DNA of 64,000 nt. Source: Amoebidium appalachense. Lineage: Eukaryota > Protista > Ichthyosporea. Shown piece by piece: positions 23,534 through 51,900 of the stretch. The notes beneath the pieces were generated by a model. It saw only the letters and a list, made by a program, of their open reading frames with translations, searched no databases and was not told the origin of the DNA. The stretch spans positions 15,347,615 through 15,411,614 of the forward strand of contig CAVNZM010000002.1 of assembly GCA_963693365.1 (NCBI GenBank), read 5' to 3'. The position numbers were made by a program, and so were the translations under genes. Numbering within the stretch: position 1 is the first letter of the stretch; each line of letters starts with the position of its first letter.

Positions 23534-24576
23534 ATTGACTGGGATGAGGCGTGGGGCGGGGGGGCTTTAAAGCGGGTGGGGTTGGGATGTCCGTGGGTTG
23601 GGAAGGCTCCTACACCCACGCAACTGCTCCCTCACCATCTCCGGGTGATGTGTGAACGTAACGGCGTGTCCCAGGGCATTTTTCCTATTAAATGGCAGTG
23701 ATGCCCTAATTTGCTGTTTGTGCATCACGGGGAAAACGGGTTGCTGGCGGTCCAAAGCTACCGTCAATTTTCATTCCGAAAAAAAAAAAAAAAAAAAAGT
23801 GGAGCAAGCCACACCGTTCAAGTTTTGGGTTGGATGTTGTCACGTGAATTGTACGCCCTCAAGTAAAGCAGTGACGAAGTGTTTCTCTTGATGAGATGTT
23901 GCGCAAAGATGCATATGGCATGACAAAGGGTGCGGTCTGGAGTATCCGGCTTAGCATGTAAGCTTCAGTGCTTGTACCACCTACAAATATATGTACCACA
24001 CTACGATATGTGGCCTTTTCTGCTACGTTTCCCTACAAACGTTGACACCCACCGTGATCACTGCCTCTAAAGTTCAAGTGTGGCACAATCACCTCGATAA
24101 TGTGAACGACATTCACTACATTTGAAATGAAACAGAGGTCTACATTACAGTATGTATTTCAGTAAAACTTTCTGTGCTGCTGCTTTTTGCTATAAAAACA
24201 TAATAAATTTGTTAGAAAAACGTCTATAGTTCAAGCATGTTGCGCTAGATGTTTCACGTGCTTTTGTCCTTGTGGCCTTGGGGCAAGCCAAAGTTCGCAG
24301 GTTGTGATTCTTTCGAGCATACACTCAGTTGCATAATTTTTGAAGCCGTTGATAGGTCAGTGTATCACACTATATCCACACCACCACATATGCGTCACAA
24401 ATGGGGTCCCTGCCTGCCTACCTATGTATATGGCTTCCCATTTATATACGATGGATGTGCCCACCCACCACAACTTCCACATATACAGGGTATAGCACAG
24501 AATCACGTGTATTTTTAAGTTCCATGGGCATCCATCCTCTCACCATGCCTCTCAACCACTCGCCCCCAGGCACACC

Positions 24577-25603
24577 ATGGAACCCGATTCTCCGGACTGG
24601 TACAGTCGAGGCATGCGTATAATCGCAATTATCACATACGTACACGGGTGCATCTTTTTCCTACTCTTCGTCATAACCAGCGTGTATTTTACACGCAGCG
24701 CAGGCAAAGACGACGAGAGATTGAAATCCACAACGGGGCCAGGAAAAAACCAACTTGCGGCTGTTCGTTGCATTTTGGGTTTGCACCACTCGCCTATGCG
24801 TTGATGCATCTCAGCTATGGCAGCCTCGATGACCTTTATCTTTTTGGCCCAAATGTAGACCTGAAGGTACGGACCCCTCGGTTTTGTCCTGTTGCTATCA
24901 TTGTTAATCTACTTTTAGAGGGACACGTGATTAGCTGGTCGCAGGGCAGAGATCTGGATACAGAAACGTACACAGAGCAATTGCACACAGACAGCGGCCA
25001 GCACACACACACTCTCTTTGAGCGAAAGCCAGAAATACATCACACTCACACATATAGAAACAGGGACACCAACTCACTCACAATCTGTCAGAGAGAGAGA
25101 TAGGGACAAAAATACACAACACTCACACAAACAGGCATAGATACACTGGTGTTTGTGCATAGAACACAAACAAATAATGCACTAGGGCATGCCCGCATGT
25201 GCATACGTTCTTGCAAGTCCAGCCACCTGAAACACTGACACACATACAGTTATGGTCCTATGATCGGACAGGCATATATCATTTGTGCTTGAGCACACCG
25301 GCATTTGGTACGGTTGCAAGGCCATCCACTCGTACGCACACACACACACTCACGCACGTACATACGCACGAGTGTGTACACACACAAGCATGCATATGGC
25401 CTTACACCACAACACAAGGAAGGGGGGAAGGGATTCGTTTTCGACGATGCTGAGCTGGTACAGCTACTTACTCTTACTGCATCTGCACATGCACACACAC
25501 TCTCTCTCCCAGACGTGCACACACACAATTACACGCACACGTGCGCGCACGCACGCGCGCACACACACACATGCACGTCCGCCTGCACATGCAAGTGCAT
25601 ACA

Positions 25604-25678
<75 letters not shown>

Positions 25679-26529
25679 CGTGGGGCCGCATCGGTCAGTT
25701 CTGCGACGTTTTCTTTGGATGCCTACGGCATATTCCGTTTACAGCCCTTTGGCTTTCACGGTATTTTGATCTCGTTGGCTTTCCTACTCTGCCGTTCTGC
25801 AGTTTCATGGGCTCGAATGAATTCGGGTTGCCTAAAAGGGAGAGCAAGCCTATTCTCCTCACCTTCCTTACTCTTTACACCCCTTATTTGGTCATGGGTG
25901 GTTGTGAAATTTCGTTGTTCAAGACGCATTTCGAAAGAACCGGCGGGACACGGATACAATGACGAAGACAAGGGGTTGATGGTTATGTGGAATGTGCAGT
26001 TGGGGTCGGAATGCATGTTGTGCATTTTGGGATTGGTGTTGGTTGTCATGCTTCGTAATCGATTCCCTCAGATCGTACGACAGAAAAACAGGCTTATGTG
26101 GTTTACATCCGGCACCTTCTATCTGCTTTTTGTGGGTATTGCCTTTCTCAATTTGTCAAACGAAGGGCGGTTATTGGACGATTCGACAAATGAGACAAAG
26201 GACGAGCTCGGCCGTGCACGTGTTCCCATGCACTCCGTCACCATATACCACGCGGTGCTCTTCATCCAATCGTATTGCGCGCTTTACTGTTTTCTAGCCC
26301 TTTCTTTCCGGGTATTATACAAACACGATACCAAGAGAACCCCACGCCTCCTTTTGTGGCAAACGACGACGGGCAGGAGAGATCTGGGTGGGTGGACGCA
26401 ACATCACTAGGACCCGCGACAGTGAAAACGAAAATTAAGGAGATTTGGGTGATTAATCCAACGGTTGGAACGAGTGGGACACCTGACATAGTGTCTGATT
26501 TGGGTAGCGAGGGGGGTGCCTCGTGTTGA
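24577..26529 (+). pseudogene. Paralog B of the multi-pass membrane protein, with 2-3 frameshifts (pseudogene or sequencing indels); exons ~24577-24866 and 25678-26529
   Basis: Homology to paralog A switches frame near 24780, near 25935 and probably near 26370. The intron is at the same position as in paralog A. Confidence 0.65.
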
Positions 26530-27157
26530 GTCAACGAATGTTGTGAGGAAAAAGGTTTGATGTGATAACAAGATGAAATGCATTCACATGCTTATGATAG
26601 TTCTGCTTTTATGGTGTAGTGAGGAACTGTAGACCGTTTGAATAAGGGAGATTTTTAGATACCCGCGGGCACATGAATGCACTTATTTTATACACACACA
26701 AACACATGCACACACAGACACACACACATACACACACTACACACAGTACACATACACCAGACAAACTACGGTCTCTTCACACAAGGCCAACATGCACAAG
26801 CGCACGTGATCACACTATGTGCACACTCCCTTTTATTTTTCTTTTGCTCATTCCATTGCCAACTATGTATGCCTACGATTAGACACGTGGATTTTCTATT
26901 TAAGAATGATCTTGGCGACTCCAAAATTTCTGAATGGGAGCTCGTCATTAATTGGTAGGTTTATAAGTTACCTCCTCTGGCTATTAGTGGCTGCATCTGG
27001 TGATTGTCATCACTGATCGAGTTATCCTTGATTTGTACGTACAGTCTGCAGCTTGAATACATTAACTGTTGCATGCGAAGTATGATGACATGGAATTTCG
27101 CAGTTGCGATGTCAGCAACATGTATGTCCGGTACAGACGCTACAATCGTTCAAAACA

Positions 27158-27197
<40 letters not shown>

Positions 27198-27789
27198 TCC
27201 CCCCCTCCCCCCCAACCCACCCCCACCCCTGGACCCCACCCGGCCCCGTGAATGACATGCCACGCACAACACACGTGGGCCTACACGTGCATACATACAT
27301 ACACATGCACACGCGCACACACACACACACACACACGTGCACATAGACACACACACGTACAGCACATCCCCCCCCCCCCCCCCTGCAAGTGGCTGGCCGC
27401 TTCCAAATCCTATAGTCACCTACTCAATGACGTCAACCTTCCCTAAACAATTTGGTAGTAGGAGGGCCTAAAATACATCTTCTAGTCTTCAATGTAGACT
27501 ACACAACTGTGTCATATATGTACTCCCGAGTTTTCTGGTGGTACAAAGTGTGGAGCTCGAGTTTGGGAAGCTAACCTTTGCAGTTGAGTGCACACATTAA
27601 AGTTTTGTGTATTATGAGTTTTTAGAAGAGTTCTCTTAGAAGAGTAGGGGCCTCTATTCTGAGGCACATCCTAGCTCCCACGGTGACCATATAAAGATTG
27701 CCTTTTTCGAGAGCAGATCTGGTTGCACACGTGGTGGTACGTGCACACGCACACGCACACACGGAGAACTATCAGCTATAAGCAGGAGA

Positions 27790-42401
<14,612 letters not shown>

Positions 42402-42653
42402 TTGGTGCTGATAGTCATCCCAGCTTATGTGATTGGCTGGTATTTAAAATGTTTCATGACGTAAATGGTTTTTTTGATTGGTTTGAAAATCAAAGTGGCT
42501 GACGTGGCTGGTTTGGTTGACTCGAATCCGCTATTCCTTCTATTTTGGCTGGTTTGGCTGGTTCACCGGATTGGTGATGTTATCGAATTTGATCGGTGTA
42601 AAAGAGGAAGGGGTGGGGAATGGGTGGGTGAGTGGGTGGGTGTGTGTGTGTTG

Positions 42654-42753
<100 letters not shown>

Positions 42754-42803
42754 GTGGGTGGGTGGGTGGGGGGTGGGTGGGTGTGGGTGTGGGTGTGTGT
42801 GTG

Positions 42804-42937
<134 letters not shown>

Positions 42938-42995
42938 TGGACCGTGGTGGACCGTGGTGGTGGTGGTGGTGGTGGTGGTGGGGGGAGGGGAGGGA

Positions 42996-43026
<31 letters not shown>

Positions 43027-46000
43027 ATACATCGTCAATGCTGATAATGCCTATGTAATATTTGAAGTTTCTATCGCGCATAATAAGAATGAAGTTGATG
43101 TGGGAATGATCAGAAATAAGGCAGGTGGTGCTGGTGGCCAGGCAGGCGCACACAAATTTTTTATCCCTTGTCAACGATAGCCCCTCGGATGGCGCCTCAA
43201 TAATAAAACAAGTACAATCCTTGCCGTGGAGATAAATCGTGTTTTCTCAAATCTATGAAAACTACTCCGGGACGTGTGTTGCCTCTAGGGGGACATCCCC
43301 TTGGACGAAAGTGAACCTGCAATGGTTGTAAACCACGGCAAGCCCCCAGTCATCAATTTATTGATCCGTGAGGTCCTTGTGCCCAAAAAAAACGGGGGAA
43401 GTCTTCGCCCCGTGAAAAAACAGCACGTATGTGTGGATCAATGGGGGTTGAGTGTTGGGTGTAGGTGGGTGGGTGAAAAGAAAATATAGCTGTAAAGCTG
43501 TGGGTGCTAAACACAGAAGATGTGTCTGTTGCTTGCTGATCTGCTAAAAACTGTCGTGCTTATATACCTAAGGCTCCCGATCTGAGCCAATCAAAATCGA
43601 TCTAGTTTTATGTTGAAATCTGATCTTGAGCCAATCAAACTCGGTCTAGTGATCTGTGGAATCTGATGTTTTGATCGGCTAATAGGTGCCCGTATGCGGG
43701 CAGCCGAACGCGAGCTGCTAAAACACGAAACGAAGCCTACATGGTTATGTTGATATCGGACACCCATCCTACGTGTTTACCCAGAAAAATATTTATGTCA
43801 ATAAAACTCCACAAATAAAACCGTGTAATTATGTAAGGGCGTGTTTGGCAACCCTCCCAAAAGCGTATTCGTATTTATGGCGAAAAGACGATCAATCGTG
43901 TTTATAAGATTATTTTGTGGTATGCGTATTAAGGGCTGAAATACGATTATGGCGTACCAAACACGCCTAAACACGAAAGTCGAGCACGCCCGATCGTATT
44001 TAAATTTCATCAGTGGAATGTGAAAAGTGTATGTTTCAGATGTTTGATTGGGCGAAGGGGTGTAAACCAAAAATAATACATTAATTACCTCGAGTGTAAT
44101 TAACCCTAGGAATCCGAGCGCAATCGATGATGGGAATAAAAATGTTCCCAGACGTCGAGCGATCCAGATTGGTCGATTTTATCGGCTCTTTCCAGGGATA
44201 GATCGCGATGAGCTTGCCATGTGAGTTTGTCGATGGGATCCGAACTTGTTTTGACCAGAGCGACGGCCTACATGCGCCTGTAGGCGTATACCTCAAGCGA
44301 GGTCAAGTCCGCGAAATGATCCGAAAAACTGGCGGAACACCGGTGAAAATAAAGTAAACCGTCTTTTCAGCTGCGCAGCCTTGGGATAACGTGACTGAAG
44401 AGCACGGGAGGCAAAAAAGTACACCTTTACATCGCTGATAAGACTGATACAAAAGATGCCAAATGCATGCATGCACTCACGTCCATTTAAATTTTGAGGG
44501 TCCCATCTATTGAGTGTTGAAGCTATCCTATTGAGCATCCAGAAGCAATCGCACACGTAACTTTACTGTCATGCGGAAACAACTGTTATAAACCCCAAAG
44601 GACTTCTGTAAATCCGTGAAAAAAAACCAAAAAAAGAAAACATGGTTTTCATATAGCACAGAGATTTCAGACAACCGGAGAAGGAAGCCGTTTCGGCAAT
44701 GGCGAGTTCGTGTGCTCGTGTAAGGCGCCAATATCATTGGTCATCAGAGTACGTAACGCGAATGCGGTCAATTTGTTTGTTGCCTGCTTTTCGTGGTTGT
44801 CCCATTATATAGCGTAAACTGCTCATTATTTTTATACAAAAAAATAAATTTATAAAAAAATTTATAGCATTACCACATGTAACTATTATGGGTGAGGTAT
44901 TTTGCAACTAAAGACGCCTTAGACTGCCGTGAAACTGGCGGTCTCTTGTCGGATTGGCCCATTATCACGGCTAGCTTTCTCCAGGCTGATCTCGCTCAGT
45001 ACCGGCGTTCCCATGCCCAGGCCTCGGTTGGTAGGGGCCGATTCGCCCCGGACCTACAAAGCGCATCCATACTGTATATACGTATACGTAGACGTTTGCA
45101 ACATGTACGTAGGGATGTACGTATGACACGGGAGAGTTTTGTACTTTACTAGTACGTACGAGGTATACACAGCCTTACGTATGCTATGTTCCCTCATTTG
45201 CAGCGCTGGGCCATTTATGTATCGTTGGCAAATGCCTCGGTCAAGATAGTTTTCCCTTTATAAGATTTCGTTGCAAGCCACGTGCAATTTGGCAAACCTT
45301 GAAGGTTGCGGACGAAATCCACACATATAATGCAAACACCTTTACTAAACTTCATTTTCTTTATAGAAGCAACTTAGGGTATAAAATTGAGCTCCACGAC
45401 ACTACCGTTGTGCGTAGTGCTAGCGTCGCACCCAGCTACGCGTACGTACGTACGTACAGGCATGACGTCTACATCAGCATCTTACATGTGGAAGACCTGC
45501 TCCCGCGACCCAATCAACAGCTTGCAGGCCACGAAAAAGAATTTAGGAAATATAGAGATATAGGGGCATGCCCCTACACACGAAACACGAAGCAATGAGT
45601 CAGAATACAGCACGCCCCTGATTTACGTATTACCTACATGTACAATATGGCATACGCCTTTTGTGATCTCGCAAAATGGCATGCATGATGCGAATGGAAA
45701 GGGCGTGTACATGTGCGCTAGTGCTTATCACACGTTGCCGCAGTGACGCCAAAGCTAATGAGCTGCTAATCAACCATTTGGCCAATCGATTTCTTAGCTC
45801 GCACTTTCATGCTGAGCCAATCACACACATCCCTCGCTAGCACATGGTTGTTCATGATGGCTTTCGAAAATCCGAAAGCACGCTTCCGGAACTCAGTTAT
45901 ATAGAAAAAGGGTCCTATAGAAAAATAAAAAGAGGCGTATAAACATGGCTAAAGCTGTTAGAAAACGTTTCTATGTCATCACATAATACTTGGACACAGC

Positions 46001-46299
46001 TGTTTCCATACTTTTGAGCCTTTTCCGCCCAACCAGCACCTCTTGAAAACATATATATGGCACACTCGGGTTAGTAGGGTTAAGGGGGACAAAACCATGG
46101 ATTTCATCGCCCCTGCCATGCTCTGATTGGCCTAAACGTATCACAAATCGACCAATAGCATTGCGTGCTGCAATTGCGAATAACCAAAAAAGGTTAGAAG
46201 TGAAAAACGAAAAAAGCAGCTTTGTGCGGCGTGCCGCTTTGAATCAAGGTTCTAAAAAGCATTTAAAATGATTGGCTTAGAGTTTGCGTCACCAGTCTC

Positions 46300-46909
46300 T
46301 GTAAACATCTGTACACGCCGTACATGTTTACTATTACGAATATACTGTACATATCATAGTGATCACGTAGATATTGTGTACATATGATCAGATCAATATC
46401 ACACGCGACAGCCGCGGGCTGCGGCTCACGACTGAGCCGCGGCGCCGGCAATATGCAGTGGCCGTGCAGTCAGTATGAACCAATAGAATTCGAGAACCGC
46501 TAGGATAGGAATGCAAGTCTCATCCACTACGGAGGCGACATCTATAGCTAAACGAACGGAACCAATAAGGAAATCAGACCCAGTTGCATAAACCTAAACG
46601 GGCTTAAGTATTGACCAATCATTTGCCACAAAGTTATCCTTTTAGTTAGCTTCATGTTATTGGTGCACTGTGTGCACATAAAGACGACCGCACTCTTCTG
46701 ACTGGTCAGAAGTCACGAAGGCATCAATGCCACCCATCCAGATGATCCGGAACCTGGGGGCTATATAAACAAGCCGTCCCAGTACGGGGGATCACTCTGA
46801 ACGAGCACATTAAATAGTAACCTGGCCGCGTGTGCCTTACTACCCGTTCTCTGTCTTTATTCTGATTCAGTTGTTCTCTGCCTTATCCCAACTAGTTCAA
46901 CTGTTTACA
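46300..46909 (+). repeat. 5' LTR
   Basis: No difference from 53943-54552 seen by eye. Contains CCAAT boxes, TATATAAA (~46762) and ATTAAA (~46809). Confidence 0.95.
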
Positions 46910-46910
46910 T

Positions 46911-46922
46911 TGGCGACCGCGC
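46911..46922 (+). promoter_or_regulatory. Primer binding site (TGGCGACCGCG, consistent with tRNA-Arg(TCG))
   Basis: TGG one base after the LTR. Complementary to a tRNA ending ...CGCGGTCG-CCA. The tRNA identity is from recall. Confidence 0.7.
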
Positions 46923-46961
46923 AGTTCCAGAATCTCACATCTTTCAAGAATCTCTTCAACC

Positions 46962-48962
46962 ATGGCGGGCGAATTTGACGACTACCCTGTACTCTCGGAC
47001 AATGAAAGCAAACTGACACGTGACACCAAGAAGCCTACCGCAGTCAAACCGCCGCCCCCAACGCAGAAGAAAGCCAAGACTCCGGGGCAGGGCACGAAAA
47101 CACTCCCCACCCCTCCCCCTACACAGCCTCGTGCTCCCCAGAAACCGAACACGATCACAAAACCCAACACACACACGAACACAAAGGCAACTACGAAGCC
47201 CACTGGCAACGAACAAACGAAGCCCAACGAAAGCACGAAACCCAAAGACAAAACGAAGCGCAACGAACACACGAAAACCAACGAACATACGAACACCAAC
47301 GAACACACGAACACCAACAAACACACGAACGAACTTCAAGTAGCAACGAAGGAAAAAACGAAACAAGACCGGGACACTGCCACAGCTCTGGCAGAGGTGC
47401 GGGGCCGTGTTCTCTCCAAGTTCTATCGTATTGAAACTCTGAGACGTGCCATTCAAACTGCAATCGATGCTGGGCGGCCTGTGATGGACCTCGAAGCTGA
47501 TGTCGCGCAGATTTACAGTGAGATTTCGCAGATGGAAGACACCAGACTGTCTAGAATGTTGTGCACGTCCGCGAAATGGTCTGAGTTGGAGCGGGAAGCA
47601 CAGTTGGTGGCTGAGGCACGTGTGAAAAATACGACGGTGCCCACCACCCCCCGTCCTCCCCCACCCACCACAGGCAAGAAGCCTTTGTCCCCGGTCCCAT
47701 CTGGGTGCACTGATCCCAAGGTAATTGCACCTCCCGCACCCCCCACTAAATTTACATATAAGGATGTGCTTGCGCGCACACTCAGCTACACTGATTCTGA
47801 TGCTGAAAATGAAGAAAAACACGAACAAAGTTACGAAGACACACCCACAAACGAAAACGAACACATGACTGCGAAAGTGCATGAAGAAGATCACTTCGAC
47901 CAGCCTAAAGCACCCGTATTTAACGAAATCCCCCTTGCAGGATCCCCTCTGGCGTCTGCAGGTGGACTGGCAGGCACGCCAAGTCGCCCGAGAGGCTCTG
48001 ATGTCAGCACAGGCTCAGGAGGTAAGGCTGGGTCTATATTGAACAAGCACTTTGCAGAGCACGAAAAACTGTGGTTGCACCCTCTCCGCCAGTTGCATGC
48101 ATCCGAATACGGCCCCATCTTGGCTGCATTGAAACTACCAGAATACAAGGGTGACTTGCAGGATAAATGCACGGTGATTGAATGGCTGCACGAATTTTCC
48201 CAGCAGATGTTTTGCATTGCAGGGGTCCCCCCCACACTTGCTGTTCGCTGGGCGGTGCAGTGCTTTCCTCTTGCTTCCCCCGCCCGTGTGTGGTACACGA
48301 ATTTTACCAGGACACAGGGAGAACTCACGTTTGATGCATTTGCACATGCACTAGTTACGAAATTTCACGACCAGCGTGTGCAAGAGGCACTCAGTGCCGA
48401 ATTAAATGCACTCAAACAAGGCAAGCAAAAGGTGGCCGAATTTGCAAGCAGGCATGCGCGTTTGTGGGCACGTGTGTACCCCCTTAAGTCTGAGGCACAC
48501 CAAATTTTGGATTTGTCTCACCGATTGGGTGGGGAAGACGAACAAGAATTTCGCAAATATCAACTCAGACAAACACGAAAAGAAGAAGAATTGACCCTGT
48601 CTGGAGTTGTTGCCTATCTCGCAGAAAAAGAAAGAGACAGGCACACACGAACCCCATCCACCATTCTAACACAGAAACCCCCCACAAAACAGCAACCCGG
48701 TGGTGGATCTGGTGCCAGCGAGAAGCCGTCTATTTTTTCGCGCATGGGCACCACCCCCTGCAACCGTGGGTGCAAGTACGGCAGCCACGCCGAAGGCAAG
48801 ACGTGCCCGGCCCTCAAATTCGAATGCCACTCCTGCAAGCAGAAGGGGCACTTTGGGGGGTCACCAATTTGCCCCAAGTACGACCCCAACTTTAAGAAGG
48901 GAACCCGCAAGGCAGAGATTGAGGCTAATCGGGCCAAGTTCAAGAGAGCACGTGTAGAATAG
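46962..48962 (+). CDS. gag: Gag polyprotein
   Basis: 666-aa ORF with a retrotransposon capsid-like region (ARVWY...FAHALVTKF...LKQGKQKVAEF) and a double Zn knuckle CNRGCKYGSH...CPA...CHSCKQKGH...C. Confidence 0.92.
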   Translation: MAGEFDDYPVLSDNESKLTRDTKKPTAVKPPPPTQKKAKTPGQGTKTLPTPPPTQPRAPQKPNTITKPNTHTNTKATTKPTGNEQTKPNESTKPKDKTKRNEHTKTNEHTNTNEHTNTNKHTNELQVATKEKTKQDRDTATALAEVRGRVLSKFYRIETLRRAIQTAIDAGRPVMDLEADVAQIYSEISQMEDTRLSRMLCTSAKWSELEREAQLVAEARVKNTTVPTTPRPPPPTTGKKPLSPVPSGCTDPKVIAPPAPPTKFTYKDVLARTLSYTDSDAENEEKHEQSYEDTPTNENEHMTAKVHEEDHFDQPKAPVFNEIPLAGSPLASAGGLAGTPSRPRGSDVSTGSGGKAGSILNKHFAEHEKLWLHPLRQLHASEYGPILAALKLPEYKGDLQDKCTVIEWLHEFSQQMFCIAGVPPTLAVRWAVQCFPLASPARVWYTNFTRTQGELTFDAFAHALVTKFHDQRVQEALSAELNALKQGKQKVAEFASRHARLWARVYPLKSEAHQILDLSHRLGGEDEQEFRKYQLRQTRKEEELTLSGVVAYLAEKERDRHTRTPSTILTQKPPTKQQPGGGSGASEKPSIFSRMGTTPCNRGCKYGSHAEGKTCPALKFECHSCKQKGHFGGSPICPKYDPNFKKGTRKAEIEANRAKFKRARVE

Positions 48963-51900
48963 GAAGGCGGGCAAGGGACTGGTCTCTCCCCAGTAGAACA
49001 TAATGTATTTGATTTAATAGCAGAGCTGGAACTGTGTTCCCCTCTGGCAGATAAATTGCAAAATAAATCTACTGGTGCGGAAATTTCTGTTGTCTCGGAG
49101 CCCTCCCACGAATCTGCATGTGCCCCACCCCCCCACGAACAGTTACCCCCGTGTACTGACCCCCCCATGCACACGCACACCCCGCCCCCGCGCAAAAAGA
49201 AAAATGTGCATTTTGCTGACCGTGTGCACTCCTCCATTGCAGAACCACGGCATGAAAATGCCACTGTGTGCACATTAACCCACGAAAATAAATGCACAGC
49301 CACACTTGCGCGAATGTATGTGCATGGGAAGCTAGTCACAGTAGTTGTCGACTCTGGTGCTAGCCATAGCTGTATAAGCACAGCATTTTACGAATCTCTC
49401 CCTGTAGTGGCAAGAAAACGAATTCAGCATGTTCCTAATTTTAGTGTACTGGATGCACAAAGTAACGAAATGACATGCCAAGGAAGTATATCTCTCACTC
49501 TCGCCATTCCCAACGAATCTGCTCTAGTGGTGCACAGATGGCATGTGATTGATAATCTACCATATGATGCCTTATTAGGTGTTGATTTCATGGGGCCACA
49601 ACAGGGACGAATTGATTACGGTGCTGCAGAACTTTCGTTCATGTATGCTAAGGGAAATCGCAGGTGCAGTATTCCGGTGTGGTGGTTGCGTGGGAGTGCG
49701 GAGGAGACAGCTGTTTCTCGCGTATTAATTACCACCACAGGTATTCACCTCCCGGTAGATGCGTCAAATATCGCAACGTGTAAAATAAAACTCGCTGCCG
49801 GCGCACCACCACCACGAACTTTAGACTGTTGTATGGGCACAGTGGTTCCATGTGGTCCACTTAATTCACGGGCTTACACAACAGCATGCAGTGTCACCAG
49901 TTTAGCTCGAATTTCGAATAACGAACCCCCCCTCTCCACTAGCGAAGAAAGTGTGATCGAGGACGAATACGAATGCAAGGTGTTGTTGACTAACACATCG
50001 GACCATCATGTAACATGTACCTAGGCCCTGGTACGGAGGTGGCCATGTTTATTCCCTTGCAATCAGATGACACTGTTACTCTTTTAGCACGTCCACACTC
50101 CGGTAATGGAACCAGGAGGGCGACAACCCCACACCCTGGCCATCCATTAGGTACCTCTGCTAAAACGAACTTTTCTTCGCAGGAATCAACCGAAGAACCC
50201 AACGAACACGAACCACACACTTTCCAGGCGGCTACTAATATTAACGGTAGTATTAAGGTGTGTGAACGGAGTAAAATTATGAATATGAGTACGAAAGAGA
50301 ACACCACACAGCGCAGTTCCACGAAAATGAATGGTTTTGGTAATCCAGCACGAACAAAACCAGAGGTAGGGCCACCTACTATCGAAGCAGCAGATGGGGC
50401 ACCATCTACCACTACACTGGAGGATACGAATAATTTACGAAAGCGTACGCACGAATGTACCTCCGACGGGGAAGCCGCCACAGACGACGACTTGCCTTTT
50501 GGGGTCAAACCTCCAGAAGAATACGACATGCCTGGAACTCCCCCAGACCAACGGAAACCGTTGGCGAAACGGATACGAAAACTGCTTAAGAAATGGAAGC
50601 ATGTGTTCTCTGCACACGACAACGACTTTGGTTTGAGTACCTTAGACGAACTGTCGATCGAAGTAACTACCACCATACCACAGTACCGCAGGCCCTATAA
50701 CATCCCACATCACCTTCGCGATAGCCTACACAAACAAATTCAAAATTGGGTAGAGTTTGGAGTGATTGAGCCTGCGTCCAGCCCTTACTCCGCTCCGATG
50801 GTGTTGGTGGCGAAAAAGGACGGGTCTTTAAGAGTCTGCATTGATTTTAGAATGCTGAACTTGATTACGAAGAAAGACGGTTACCCTTTACCACGAATTG
50901 ACATGGCTCTGGGTATGCTCAGAGGTGCCCGCGTGTTTTCCGCACTTGATTTAAACGGTGGTTACCACCAAGTCAAAGTAGCCGATAACGACAAAGAAAA
51001 ACTTGCATTTACCACCCCCTGGGGGCAGTATCAATTCGCACGCGCACCTTTTGGAGTAAGTAACATGCCTGCTGTCTTTTCAAGGATGATGAACCGTGTA
51101 TTCGCTGGTATGCTGTGGACACATGTACTCATATATCTCGATGATATATTAGTTATGTCACCCACTATCGAAGAACATTTTGGGCATTTAGATTCATGTT
51201 TTTCCCGGCTCTGTGATGCAGGATTAAAACTGAAAGGCAGAAAATGCTCTTTGTTCATGGAAGAAGTTGGCTATTTAGGCCATCGCGTATGCCCGGATGG
51301 TATTAAGGTAGACCCAGAAAAAGTGGCAGCAATAAAGAATAAAAGCTACCCACAAAATTTATCTGAGCTACGAAGTGACCTCGGGTTATTTTCATATTAT
51401 CGAATATTTGTGGACGATTTCAGCCATACGGCTGAACCACTCACGCGAATGCTGGGCACCTCGAAGGAGGATTCAGAATTACTAAAACGAATTCACGCAA
51501 AAATGCCCCCCTCTACGAAACCCGCCAAACGCAACGGCAGCGCAAAACAACGAAAAGACGAAGCAAAAAATTTGCACGCCGATTCTGCAGCTATTTTGGC
51601 CACGAAAAAGAAAGCACAGAAAAATGCTGCATGGGTGTGGGGTACGGAACAGGAGAAAGCATACGATACCCTTAAGAATGCGTTAATTAATGCACCTGTG
51701 CTTGCTCACCCCGATTTCACCAAACCTTTTATTGTTGACTCAGATGCTTCACAGTATGCTCTGGGCGCAGTGATTTCGCAGGTAGGTGATGACGGCAAAG
51801 AACGACCCATAGCTTATGCTAGCAGAACACTCTCTAAGAGTGAACGAAATTATGCGGCGAATAAAAGGGAAGCCTTAGGTGTGTATTGGGCTGTGTGCAA

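Noticed and set aside
19230-27160. Weak resemblance between NDMDVSCGDVS (19243) and DDMEFRSCDVS (27084)
   Set aside because: The match is too short and low in identity to support homology without a search.
47170-47350. CRISPR-like or regularly spaced repeat
   Set aside because: It is an 18-nt coding tandem repeat (TNEHTN/TKPNE) within gag, with no unique spacers and no cas genes.
46956-51258. Antisense ORFs over gag/pol
   Set aside because: They are shadow ORFs with no recognisable domains.
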